This document shows, one piece after another, positions 55,193 through 64,000 of a DNA stretch of 64,000 nucleotides. Under the pieces are notes generated by a model. That model did not search any database. It saw only the letters and a list, made by a program, of their open reading frames with translations, and was not told the DNA's origin. The DNA comes from Vicinamibacterales bacterium. Lineage in GTDB: Bacteria > Acidobacteriota > Vicinamibacteria > Vicinamibacterales > UBA2999. Location of the stretch: assembly GCA_965249205.1 (NCBI GenBank), contig CBDFLL010000005.1, forward strand, positions 1,027,045 through 1,091,044, given 5' to 3'. The translations under genes and the position numbers were made by a program. The stretch's first letter is position 1. Each line of letters starts with the position of its first letter.

Positions 55193-56143
55193 GTGCCTGT
55201 AACATGCGCGCCTCCCGACAAGAGCCTTCCAAGAACAGACCCTGTGCCGCTCTCCACTCCTCTCCTCGAAGCTCAACTGAGCGGACTCACGCTGCATCGC
55301 CAGGGTAAAGTTCGCGAACTTTACGAGGTCGACGACGCGCTTCTCATGGTCGCCACCGACCGCATCTCCGCGTTCGACTTCGTGCTCGGCTCGGGCATTC
55401 CTGACAAAGGCAAAGTGCTCACGCAGCTGTCTGCATTCTGGTTTGACAGGACGCGTGACATTGTGGCGAACCACGTCATTGAAACCGATGTCAGCCGGTA
55501 CCCCGCGCAGCTCAGAGGGTACGCCGACATGCTCGCAGGGCGATCGATGCTGGTTCGTAAGGCGGCGCCTGTGCCAGTTGAATGTGTCGCGCGGGGCTAT
55601 CTGTCAGGGTCAGGCTGGACCGACTACTGCGCCACGGGCGCCGTCTGCGGCGTACGGCTCCCCCCTGGTCTGCGGCAGTCCGACCGGCTCCCCGAGCCGA
55701 TCTTCACCCCCGCCAGCAAGGCCACGAGCGGCCACGATATCAACATCAGCGAGGCTGAAGCTGCGGACCTCATCGGCGGGCCGCTGATGCAGAGACTCCG
55801 AGGCTTGACCATGGCACTCTATGCGCGTGGCGCGGAGCACGCGGACAGCTGCGGGATCGTGCTCGCCGATACGAAATTCGAGTTCGGCCTCACGACCGAC
55901 GACCACATTCTCCTGATCGATGAAGTCATGACGCCGGATTCCTCTCGCTACTGGCCGAAGGACGAGTATCGCCCTGGCCGGGCACAGCCGAGCTTCGACA
56001 AGCAGTTCGTTCGCGACTATCTGGAACAGATCAATTGGAACAAGCAACCGCCGGTGCCGTCGCTCCCTGAAGACGTGGTGACGCGCACGCGCGCGAAGTA
56101 CATTGCGGCATTTCGCCGGCTGACGGGTAAGGACCTGAACTGA
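55193..56143 (+). CDS. purC: Phosphoribosylaminoimidazole-succinocarboxamide (SAICAR) synthase
   Basis: GKVRELYEVDDALLMVATDRISAFD...LADTKFEFG...DEVMTPDSSRYW are PurC signatures. Confidence 0.9.
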   Translation: MPVTCAPPDKSLPRTDPVPLSTPLLEAQLSGLTLHRQGKVRELYEVDDALLMVATDRISAFDFVLGSGIPDKGKVLTQLSAFWFDRTRDIVANHVIETDVSRYPAQLRGYADMLAGRSMLVRKAAPVPVECVARGYLSGSGWTDYCATGAVCGVRLPPGLRQSDRLPEPIFTPASKATSGHDINISEAEAADLIGGPLMQRLRGLTMALYARGAEHADSCGIVLADTKFEFGLTTDDHILLIDEVMTPDSSRYWPKDEYRPGRAQPSFDKQFVRDYLEQINWNKQPPVPSLPEDVVTRTRAKYIAAFRRLTGKDLN

Positions 56144-56360
56144 TGGCATTGCGCGAAGAACTCGAACGCCTCGTCGACAACATGGTTGCCAAGGGTGTCC
56201 GCTACGACGATGCCGCAGCGGGAGTTCGAAAAGCGTTTCATCGCACGCGCCCTGGCGGGAACCGGCGGCAACCTCGGGAAGGCTGCGGGCCTCCTGGGCA
56301 TGCACCGCAACACCCTGAGCCGCAAGGTCACCGAGTATCGGCTGCGCCGTTCCGCGTAAG
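56143..56360 (+). pseudogene. Fis-family small HTH DNA-binding protein, apparently frameshifted (or a 49-aa product from the internal ATG at 56202)
   Basis: Frame A gives MALREELERLVDNMVAKGVRYDDAAAG... The Fis-type HTH EFEKRFIARALAGTGGNLGKAAGLLGMHRNTLSRKVTEYRLRRSA* is in the +1 frame. ATG overlaps the purC stop. Confidence 0.4.
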
Positions 56361-56561
56361 GCCCACGACCGTCCGCCCGGTGCCTTGACACCGTTCTGAG
56401 GGCCCTCTACAATTAGCAGTTGCCTAGGTCGAGTGCTAACATGCCGGCGGCACGCCACCCACGTCGGGAGTGCCGCGCCAGCTCGAACACCCGGCGATCA
56501 AGGGTTTTAACCGGCGGGGCCGTACCCGCTTCCTACAGACACAGTCTGGAGTCGAACGCAC

Positions 56562-58552
<1,991 letters not shown>

Positions 58553-58627
58553 AGCTCGAAGACGGAGAGAGCCCAGGCGAGAAGCCTCGAGCTCTTACCG
58601 CCCTCAGTCGCCACACAGGCTATGCAA

Positions 58628-58658
58628 AGAGGCGGACCATCGGGTCCGCCTCTTTTTT
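58628..58658 (+). terminator. Rho-independent terminator after groEL
   Basis: GAGGCGGACC-atcg-GGTCCGCCTC stem-loop followed by TTTTTTT. Confidence 0.7.
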
Positions 58659-58746
58659 TGCGCGTTTTTGCGCGCTCCAACGGCTCCGACGCGCGTGCCT
58701 CCCATGTCCGCATGCGGAGACTGGATGACGACAGGGAGCGAGAAAC

Positions 58747-59520
58747 TTATCGAAGGGTAAAGGTGAGTTCGATCGTCACGAGTACGTTCACCGGTTCGCC
58801 AAACCGTGTGCCCGGCTGAAACAGCCACTGCCTGGCAGCTTTGACGGCCTCCGAATCGAGGCCAAACGTCGGGTCGAGAGACCTCACGACATCCACGCGT
58901 CCGACGGTGCCATCCGCAAGTACGACACATTCGAGGAGCACCGTGCCTTGTACTTTGGCGCGCATCGCATCTGCGGTGTACTGCGGTTTCACCTCGCGCA
59001 CGATACGCGGGTTGACCACACCGCTGCCCGGCCGAAACACGCCGCCGCCGAGGCCGCCGCCAGTGCCCTGTTCAAGGCCGGAGCCCTGTCCACCGCCAGC
59101 GCCAGACCCACCGCCCGACCCTGTCGACTCCGACGCCTCATTCGACTCGATGACCCCCAGCGTGCTCTCGGTGGCTGCAGCAAGAAGCATGGCTGGAATG
59201 TTCATCTGTTCGACTGGCGGCTCTTCCGGGGGCTCCGGCGTGGGCTCGGGTTCGACCACGACGGGCGGCACCTCCTCGGGTTCCGGCAGTTCGGCCTGCC
59301 TTGGCGGCTCAGGCAGGCTGTTTCCGCCGCCACCGCCGCCGCCGGGCCCAGGCTCGGCCAGAAAGACGAGCTGACGCGACAGCCGAACGGGAAGTACCGC
59401 CTCACGGACGCTCTCGGGTACAAGCCAGGCGAGCAGGAGAATGACACCGAGAAAGCCGGCGTGAGCCGTAAGCGACGCACCGAGGGCACCGCCGAATCGC
59501 TTCTGGGGCGTTTCAAACAT
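58747..59520 (-). CDS. TonB-family energy transducer (probable start at MFETPQKRFGG)
   Basis: N-terminal TM anchor (LGASLTAHAGFLGVILLLAWLV), Pro-rich spacer (EPEEVPPVVVEPEPTPEPPEEPP) and C-terminal TonB domain (KPQYTADAMRAKVQGTVLLECVVLADGTVGRVDVVRSL...). Confidence 0.75.
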   Translation of the reverse strand: MFETPQKRFGGALGASLTAHAGFLGVILLLAWLVPESVREAVLPVRLSRQLVFLAEPGPGGGGGGGNSLPEPPRQAELPEPEEVPPVVVEPEPTPEPPEEPPVEQMNIPAMLLAAATESTLGVIESNEASESTGSGGGSGAGGGQGSGLEQGTGGGLGGGVFRPGSGVVNPRIVREVKPQYTADAMRAKVQGTVLLECVVLADGTVGRVDVVRSLDPTFGLDSEAVKAARQWLFQPGTRFGEPVNVLVTIELTFTLR

Positions 59521-59778
59521 GAAGCGCAGTTCGGGCGGGCGCCCGTCGTCGGGCCGCACCGACAGGTGGCTGGACCTGGGTAACTCCTCAGGCGGTACGC
59601 GCTTTTGATCGGTCGGCATTACGTTGGTGGTAAATACGAACTGGTCCCGCACGCGCGGAACCTCTCAAAATCATACTCTGTGAACTCACTTGCCGTCGCG
59701 TGGGCAAGACTGGTACCTCAGCTTGAACATGCCGCGTCTTGCAGAGCGCTACACCACAGTACGAAGACTAGACTCTAG

Positions 59779-61073
59779 CAGGCTGCTGAAAAACTCCGTG
59801 AAATGGGATCGACAGATCGATCCCGGCGTACTACCATGCTCCCAACACCGCTGAAGGGAGCCCCATCATGCGCGGACACGATGAGCAAAGCACTCACATG
59901 TTCAGCTACCTGTCGCCGGAACAGCGCGTGCCAGCCGACCATCCGCTCCGCGCGGTTCGCGCGCTGACGGACGAAGCGCTGAGAACGATGTCGCGCAGGT
60001 TCGCCGGCCTGTACGCCAACACAGGGCGTCCGTCGATCCCGCCGGAACAGCTGCTGCGCGCGTTGTTGCTGCAGGTGCTCTACACGGTGCGGAGCGAGCG
60101 GCTGCTGATGGAAGAGCTCAATTACAACCTGCTGTTCCGCTGGTTCGTGGGCTTGAATTTGGACGACCCGGTTTGGCATCCCACCACGTTTACCAAGAAT
60201 CGCGACCGGCTGCTGGCGGGCGATCTCGCGGCCGCCTTCTTTGATGCGGTGCAGGCCCACGCGCGGGCGGCCGGGCTGCTCTCGGACGAACACTTCACTG
60301 TGGATGGGACCCAATTGGAAGCGTGGGCCAGCCTGAAGAGCTTTCGGTGCCGGGACGCGGCGGAGAGCGACCCGCCCGATGACCCCGGGAATCCCACGGT
60401 CAACTTCCACGGGGAGCGGCGGCGCAACGACACGCACCAGTCGACGACCGATCCGGAGGCGATGCTGCCTCGGAAGGGCCAGGGGAAGGAAGCCAAGCTG
60501 GCGTATCTGGGCCACGTGCTGCTGGACAATCGACAGGGACTTGTCGCCAACGTCTGCGCGACTCACGCGACGGGGACCGCCGAACGCGAGGCAGCGGCGC
60601 TGTTGCTGGAGGCCAGCGCGCCGCCGGGCAGCACGGTCGGGGCGGACAAGGGCTACGATGTGGCAAGCTTTGTGGCCGCTGTCCGTATCCGGGCCGTCAC
60701 GCCCCACGTTGCTCAGAAGGTCCGCTGGAGTGCGATCGATGGCCGGACCACGCGGCATGCGGGCTATCACGTCAGTCAGCGGAAACGGAAACTCGTAGAA
60801 CAGGTCTTTGGCTGGATGAAGACCGTCGGCGGCTTGCGCAAACTCCGGCATCGCGGTGTCGCCCTCGTGGATTGGCAGCTTACCTTCGCCGCCACGGTCT
60901 ATAACTTGGTCCGGCTGCGGAATCTGGAGGCGAGGTGTCCCTGATCACCGGCCGCGCGTGTCGCCGGCCCCTTGATCGGGGCCAGCGCACAGCCGTGCGC
61001 ACCGTTGTCGGTCGGTGGTGACTCGCATGATCCTTAGAAAACGGCCCGATCACCCGGGTTCTTCAGCAGCCTG
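59779..61073 (+). mobile_element. IS5-family insertion sequence copy 4 (1295 bp), intact; CTAG duplications
   Basis: Termini as in the other copies, in inverted orientation. CTAG at 59775-59778 and 61074-61077. Confidence 0.9.
59868..60944 (+). CDS. IS5-family DDE transposase (358 aa)
   Basis: Identical to 13820..14896. Confidence 0.9.
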   Translation: MRGHDEQSTHMFSYLSPEQRVPADHPLRAVRALTDEALRTMSRRFAGLYANTGRPSIPPEQLLRALLLQVLYTVRSERLLMEELNYNLLFRWFVGLNLDDPVWHPTTFTKNRDRLLAGDLAAAFFDAVQAHARAAGLLSDEHFTVDGTQLEAWASLKSFRCRDAAESDPPDDPGNPTVNFHGERRRNDTHQSTTDPEAMLPRKGQGKEAKLAYLGHVLLDNRQGLVANVCATHATGTAEREAAALLLEASAPPGSTVGADKGYDVASFVAAVRIRAVTPHVAQKVRWSAIDGRTTRHAGYHVSQRKRKLVEQVFGWMKTVGGLRKLRHRGVALVDWQLTFAATVYNLVRLRNLEARCP

Positions 61074-61140
61074 CTAGATCAACTCTTCGATCTCACGTAT
61101 CGTGCCCACAAAAGACTCGCTCGCCATGACGAATCTGGCC

Positions 61141-61200
61141 CCGAATCTAGGCCTGAACTGGCGCCGGAACTGGCGTCGGAACTAGCGTCGGAACTAGCAC
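61141..61200. repeat. Imperfect 12-bp tandem repeat (x4-5) between the IS5 copy and tatA
   Basis: ctgaactggcgc cggaactggcgt cggaactagcgt cggaactagcac. Confidence 0.6.
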
Positions 61201-61344
61201 GGCGTCCTGAGTTGCGGACACTCCATCCGTGCGTGTCTGCTGCCGCCGCGCACGCGCACGCGGGGCGCCGCCCCGTCCGCCCGTGACCGCGTGGTACAAT
61301 CGCCTCCTCACGCAACCTGCAACTTGTAACCGTCAAGGTGACAT

Positions 61345-61503
61345 ATGGGTATCGGCATCCCGGAGCTTTTGATCATTCTCGCGATCATCATCGTCATCTT
61401 CGGGGCGAGCCGTCTCCCGGAGATTGGCCGTGGCATCGGCAGCGGCATCAAGAACTTTAAAGAGGCGACCAAGGAGGAGCGGGACAAGTCCTCGGAGTCC
61501 TAG
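61345..61503 (+). CDS. tatA: Twin-arginine translocase subunit TatA/E (52 aa; below the ORF-track length cut-off)
   Basis: [52 protein letters not shown]. Good Shine-Dalgarno site (aaggtgacatATG). Confidence 0.8.
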   Translation: MGIGIPELLIILAIIIVIFGASRLPEIGRGIGSGIKNFKEATKEERDKSSES

Positions 61504-61605
61504 CGCGGATTTCATGAGCGCCTAGCTCCGAGTAACCCCAATCAGTACCCGCGTCCGTCGATCCATGGAGTAGGCACCTATTCAGCCCCCTCCTACCCGC
61601 GGGCG

Positions 61606-63876
61606 CTACCGCTTCGCCCTGCGAGGCTTGCCTTTCTTCCTGCCCAGCCTCTCCGTCCGTCCGGGCCGCTGCACACGACCGTTTTTGGGCGCCACGGTGC
61701 GCTTGCCCGCTCCCTCGGGTCGGGCCTCGCGCCGCACCGCGTCAAGAATCTCCGTCAGACCCAGATCGACCTGACGGCGGTCCATATCGACCCGCACAAC
61801 CTGCACCTGCACCTGATCACCGAGCCGGTACGTGCGCTTCGTACTTTCCCCCACCAATGTGTGGTGCTGCTCTGTAAATCGGTAGTCGTCGTCCACCATC
61901 GTCGAGATGTGCACGAGCCCCTCGACGTAGTGTTCGATCAGCTCGACAAACAGGCCGAACGGCGCGACGCCGGTGATGTGCCCGCGGTAGTGGTCGCCAA
62001 CCTTGTTGGCCATGAAGCGGACCTTCTTCCACTGCAGGAGCTCGCGTTCCGCATCGTCGGCACGGCGTTCCCTCTCCGATGTCTGACGCGCGACCTCGGG
62101 CAGCTCCTCTTCCAGTTCGTCGCGGCGCACCTCGGACATGTCAGCCTGCCGGAGCGCCCTGAGCGCCCGGTGGACAACCAGATCTGGGTACCGTCGAATC
62201 GGCGACGTGAAGTGCGTGTAGTGCTCAGCCGCCAGGCCGAAATGACCGAGCGACGAAGCGTCGTAGCGCGCCTTCTGCATGGTCCTCAGCATCAGTGTCG
62301 CAATTGGTCGCTCCTCGGGGGTGCCGCGCATGCGATCGATCAGCCTCTGGAAATGCTTCGGCCGCACCGCGCGTCCTTCGGTCCCGAGGCTATACCCGAG
62401 CGTTGTCACGAAGGCCTCGAAATCCTCGACCTTCCTGATATCCGGCGCCTCATGCACCCGGTGAAGGGCCGGCGCAGCGTGCGCCATCAGATGCGACGCG
62501 ACTGTCTGGTTCGCCAGGAGCATGAATTCCTCGATAAGGCGATGGGCGACGTTGCGCTCCGAGGGAAGAATGGCCTCGATCTGCCCGAATTCAGACAGGA
62601 CCACTTCTGTTTCCGGTAAATCGAAGTCGATCGCGCCACGGCGCCGACGGCGCCGGTGCAACACCTCGAACAGCTCCTGCATGAGCCCGAGCATCGGCGT
62701 GAACGCGGCATAGCTGGCCGTCGTGTCCGGGTCCTGATCCTTCAGGATCGCGTTCACCGCGGTGTAGGTCAGCCGTGCGTCGCTATGAACAACACCATCG
62801 TGCATCTCGTAGCGAACGACGGCGCCACGGCGATCGATTTCCATCACACATGACTGCACCAGTCGATCAACCCGCGGATTCAGGCTGCACAGACCCGTCG
62901 CAAGTTCAGACGGGAACATGTGTACGGCGCGCTCCGGAAAGTACACAGACGTGCCACGTTCGTAAGCGTCGGCATCCAGTGCACTGCCTTCAGCGACGTA
63001 GTGCGACACGTCGGCAATGTGCACCCCGAGCCAGTAGTGCCCACTGTCCAGGCGCTCGATGGTGATGGCGTCGTCGAAGTCCCTCGCGTGCTCACCGTCG
63101 ATCGTCACGGTCGTGACAGCGCGAAAGTCGGTCCTCCCCTGAATGTCCTCTTTCTGAACGGCACCACCAAGGCTCCGCGCCTCCTCCACAGCCGCGGCGG
63201 AGTGTGCCTCGGGAACGCCGTGCTTGCGGATGATGATCTGCGTGTCCACTCCGGGCTCACCAATGTGCCCGAGCACTTCGATCACGCGCCCCACGGGCCC
63301 GCGCGTCGCCGTCGGCCAGCGGGTGATCTGGACAAGCACCATCTCGCCTGGTTCTGACGACGACCACTGCCCCGTGGGGATGTGTATGTCGGTCAGGACG
63401 CGGCGATCGAACGGCACGACGTAGCCAAGGTCCGACGCGTCGACCTCGAATCGGCCGACAACCGTCTCCTGGCTGCGCTCAAGTATGCGTATGATCCGCC
63501 CCTCGACACCCCGCTCGGTCTGACGCTCGATGCGCGCGACGACCCGGTCCCCGTGCATCGCTTCAGTCAGACTGGAAGCAGCAATAAAAATATCCTGCCT
63601 CGCCTGACCGGGCTCCGTGCTCTCGGGCACGACAAACCCGAACCCGCTCGCGTTGGTATGGAGTCGTCCGACGACGACGTCCATCTTCTCCGCGAGACCG
63701 AAACGGTTGCCGCGAATTTGGAGAAGGGCCCCGTCCGACACCAGCGACTTGAGTTGCCGTCTGAAACCACTACGGTCCTCGCGTGATACGCGAAGGACTT
63801 GAGCGAGTTCACGTACCGTCGCGGGATGGTGCACCCGATCACGCATGAGCCCCAGGATGTCGTCCCGCGAAAGCAT
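61606..63876 (-). CDS. rnr: Ribonuclease R (RNB-family 3'-5' exoribonuclease with S1 domain and basic C-terminal tail)
   Basis: 756 aa. N-terminal HTH/cold-shock domains, central RNB catalytic domain (...DFDDAI...GVHIADVSHYV...), S1 domain (GHITGVAPFGLFVEL) and C-terminal K/R-rich tail. Confidence 0.9.
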   Translation of the reverse strand: MLSRDDILGLMRDRVHHPATVRELAQVLRVSREDRSGFRRQLKSLVSDGALLQIRGNRFGLAEKMDVVVGRLHTNASGFGFVVPESTEPGQARQDIFIAASSLTEAMHGDRVVARIERQTERGVEGRIIRILERSQETVVGRFEVDASDLGYVVPFDRRVLTDIHIPTGQWSSSEPGEMVLVQITRWPTATRGPVGRVIEVLGHIGEPGVDTQIIIRKHGVPEAHSAAAVEEARSLGGAVQKEDIQGRTDFRAVTTVTIDGEHARDFDDAITIERLDSGHYWLGVHIADVSHYVAEGSALDADAYERGTSVYFPERAVHMFPSELATGLCSLNPRVDRLVQSCVMEIDRRGAVVRYEMHDGVVHSDARLTYTAVNAILKDQDPDTTASYAAFTPMLGLMQELFEVLHRRRRRRGAIDFDLPETEVVLSEFGQIEAILPSERNVAHRLIEEFMLLANQTVASHLMAHAAPALHRVHEAPDIRKVEDFEAFVTTLGYSLGTEGRAVRPKHFQRLIDRMRGTPEERPIATLMLRTMQKARYDASSLGHFGLAAEHYTHFTSPIRRYPDLVVHRALRALRQADMSEVRRDELEEELPEVARQTSERERRADDAERELLQWKKVRFMANKVGDHYRGHITGVAPFGLFVELIEHYVEGLVHISTMVDDDYRFTEQHHTLVGESTKRTYRLGDQVQVQVVRVDMDRRQVDLGLTEILDAVRREARPEGAGKRTVAPKNGRVQRPGRTERLGRKKGKPRRAKR

Positions 63877-64000
63877 GTGCCTATCTTTCGGTCCTGCCGC
63901 CGACCAGGATGATCTGCAGATCGCCGACGTTGGTGTTTGTCGGACCCGTCCTGATCAAGTCGCCAAGCCCGTCCAGGAAGACGTAACTGTTGTTATCTTC

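Noticed and set aside
61141-61200. Considered whether the short tandem repeats here or elsewhere form a CRISPR array
   Set aside because: Units are 12 bp, contiguous and without spacers. No repeat-spacer architecture or cas genes anywhere in the window.
63900-64000. Possible partial gene at the right edge
   Set aside because: Too short (about 100 nt) to assign frame or function.

Overview
This is a high-GC (~65-70%) bacterial chromosomal segment that is heavily colonised by insertion sequences. Outer-membrane porin, TonB, Tat and PgpA genes suggest a Gram-negative host.

The window holds nine IS copies from five families:
- four near-identical IS5-family copies of ~1295 bp with CTAG/CTAA 4-bp duplications, one of them split by a nested IS1380-like element;
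- one IS110-family element;
- one IS481-family element, with an IS5 copy inserted into its CTAG target duplication;
- two tandem IS1595-family copies.

Several genes look disrupted or frameshifted: an FG-GAP/PKD surface protein, an RlmA-like methyltransferase fragment, a phage head-tail adaptor and a Fis-like HTH protein.

The centre of the window (about 16.3-34.9 kb, minus strand) is a degraded siphovirus-like prophage. Its genes run in the canonical order: lysis cassette (esterase, TIGR02594 peptidase, holin-like proteins), tail fibres, distal tail protein, tape measure, tail chaperones G/GT with an A_AAA_AAC -1 slippery site, major tail, terminator, HK97-gp10 adaptor, head-tail connector, encapsulin/Linocin-like major capsid protein, decoration protein and prohead protease/scaffold. 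Portal, terminase and integrase are missing; the tandem IS1595 copies sit where they would be. A tRNA 3'-end-like fragment next to a hicAB toxin-antitoxin pair marks a probable attR.

The most unusual content is a four-gene cassette (two glycosyltransferases, a SAM methyltransferase and a Rossmann-like protein) embedded, co-oriented and translationally coupled, between the head-tail adaptor genes of the prophage. I read this as a candidate virion-protein glycosylation/methylation system. A second oddity is an AT-rich (~47% GC) orphan gene trapped between the IS1595 pair and an IS5 copy, with its C-terminus supplied by the IS end.

The right third of the window is housekeeping: plsY, cinA, pgpA, an RDD protein, a TPR protein, formiminotransferase, a 972-aa FAD-oxidase/Fe-S fusion, a PLP enzyme, an ntrYX-like two-component pair, nrdR, a ybhN-like gene, purC, groES/groEL with terminator, tonB, tatA and RNase R. 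Dispersed ~120-bp intergenic repeats lie after the oxidase gene and after tatA.
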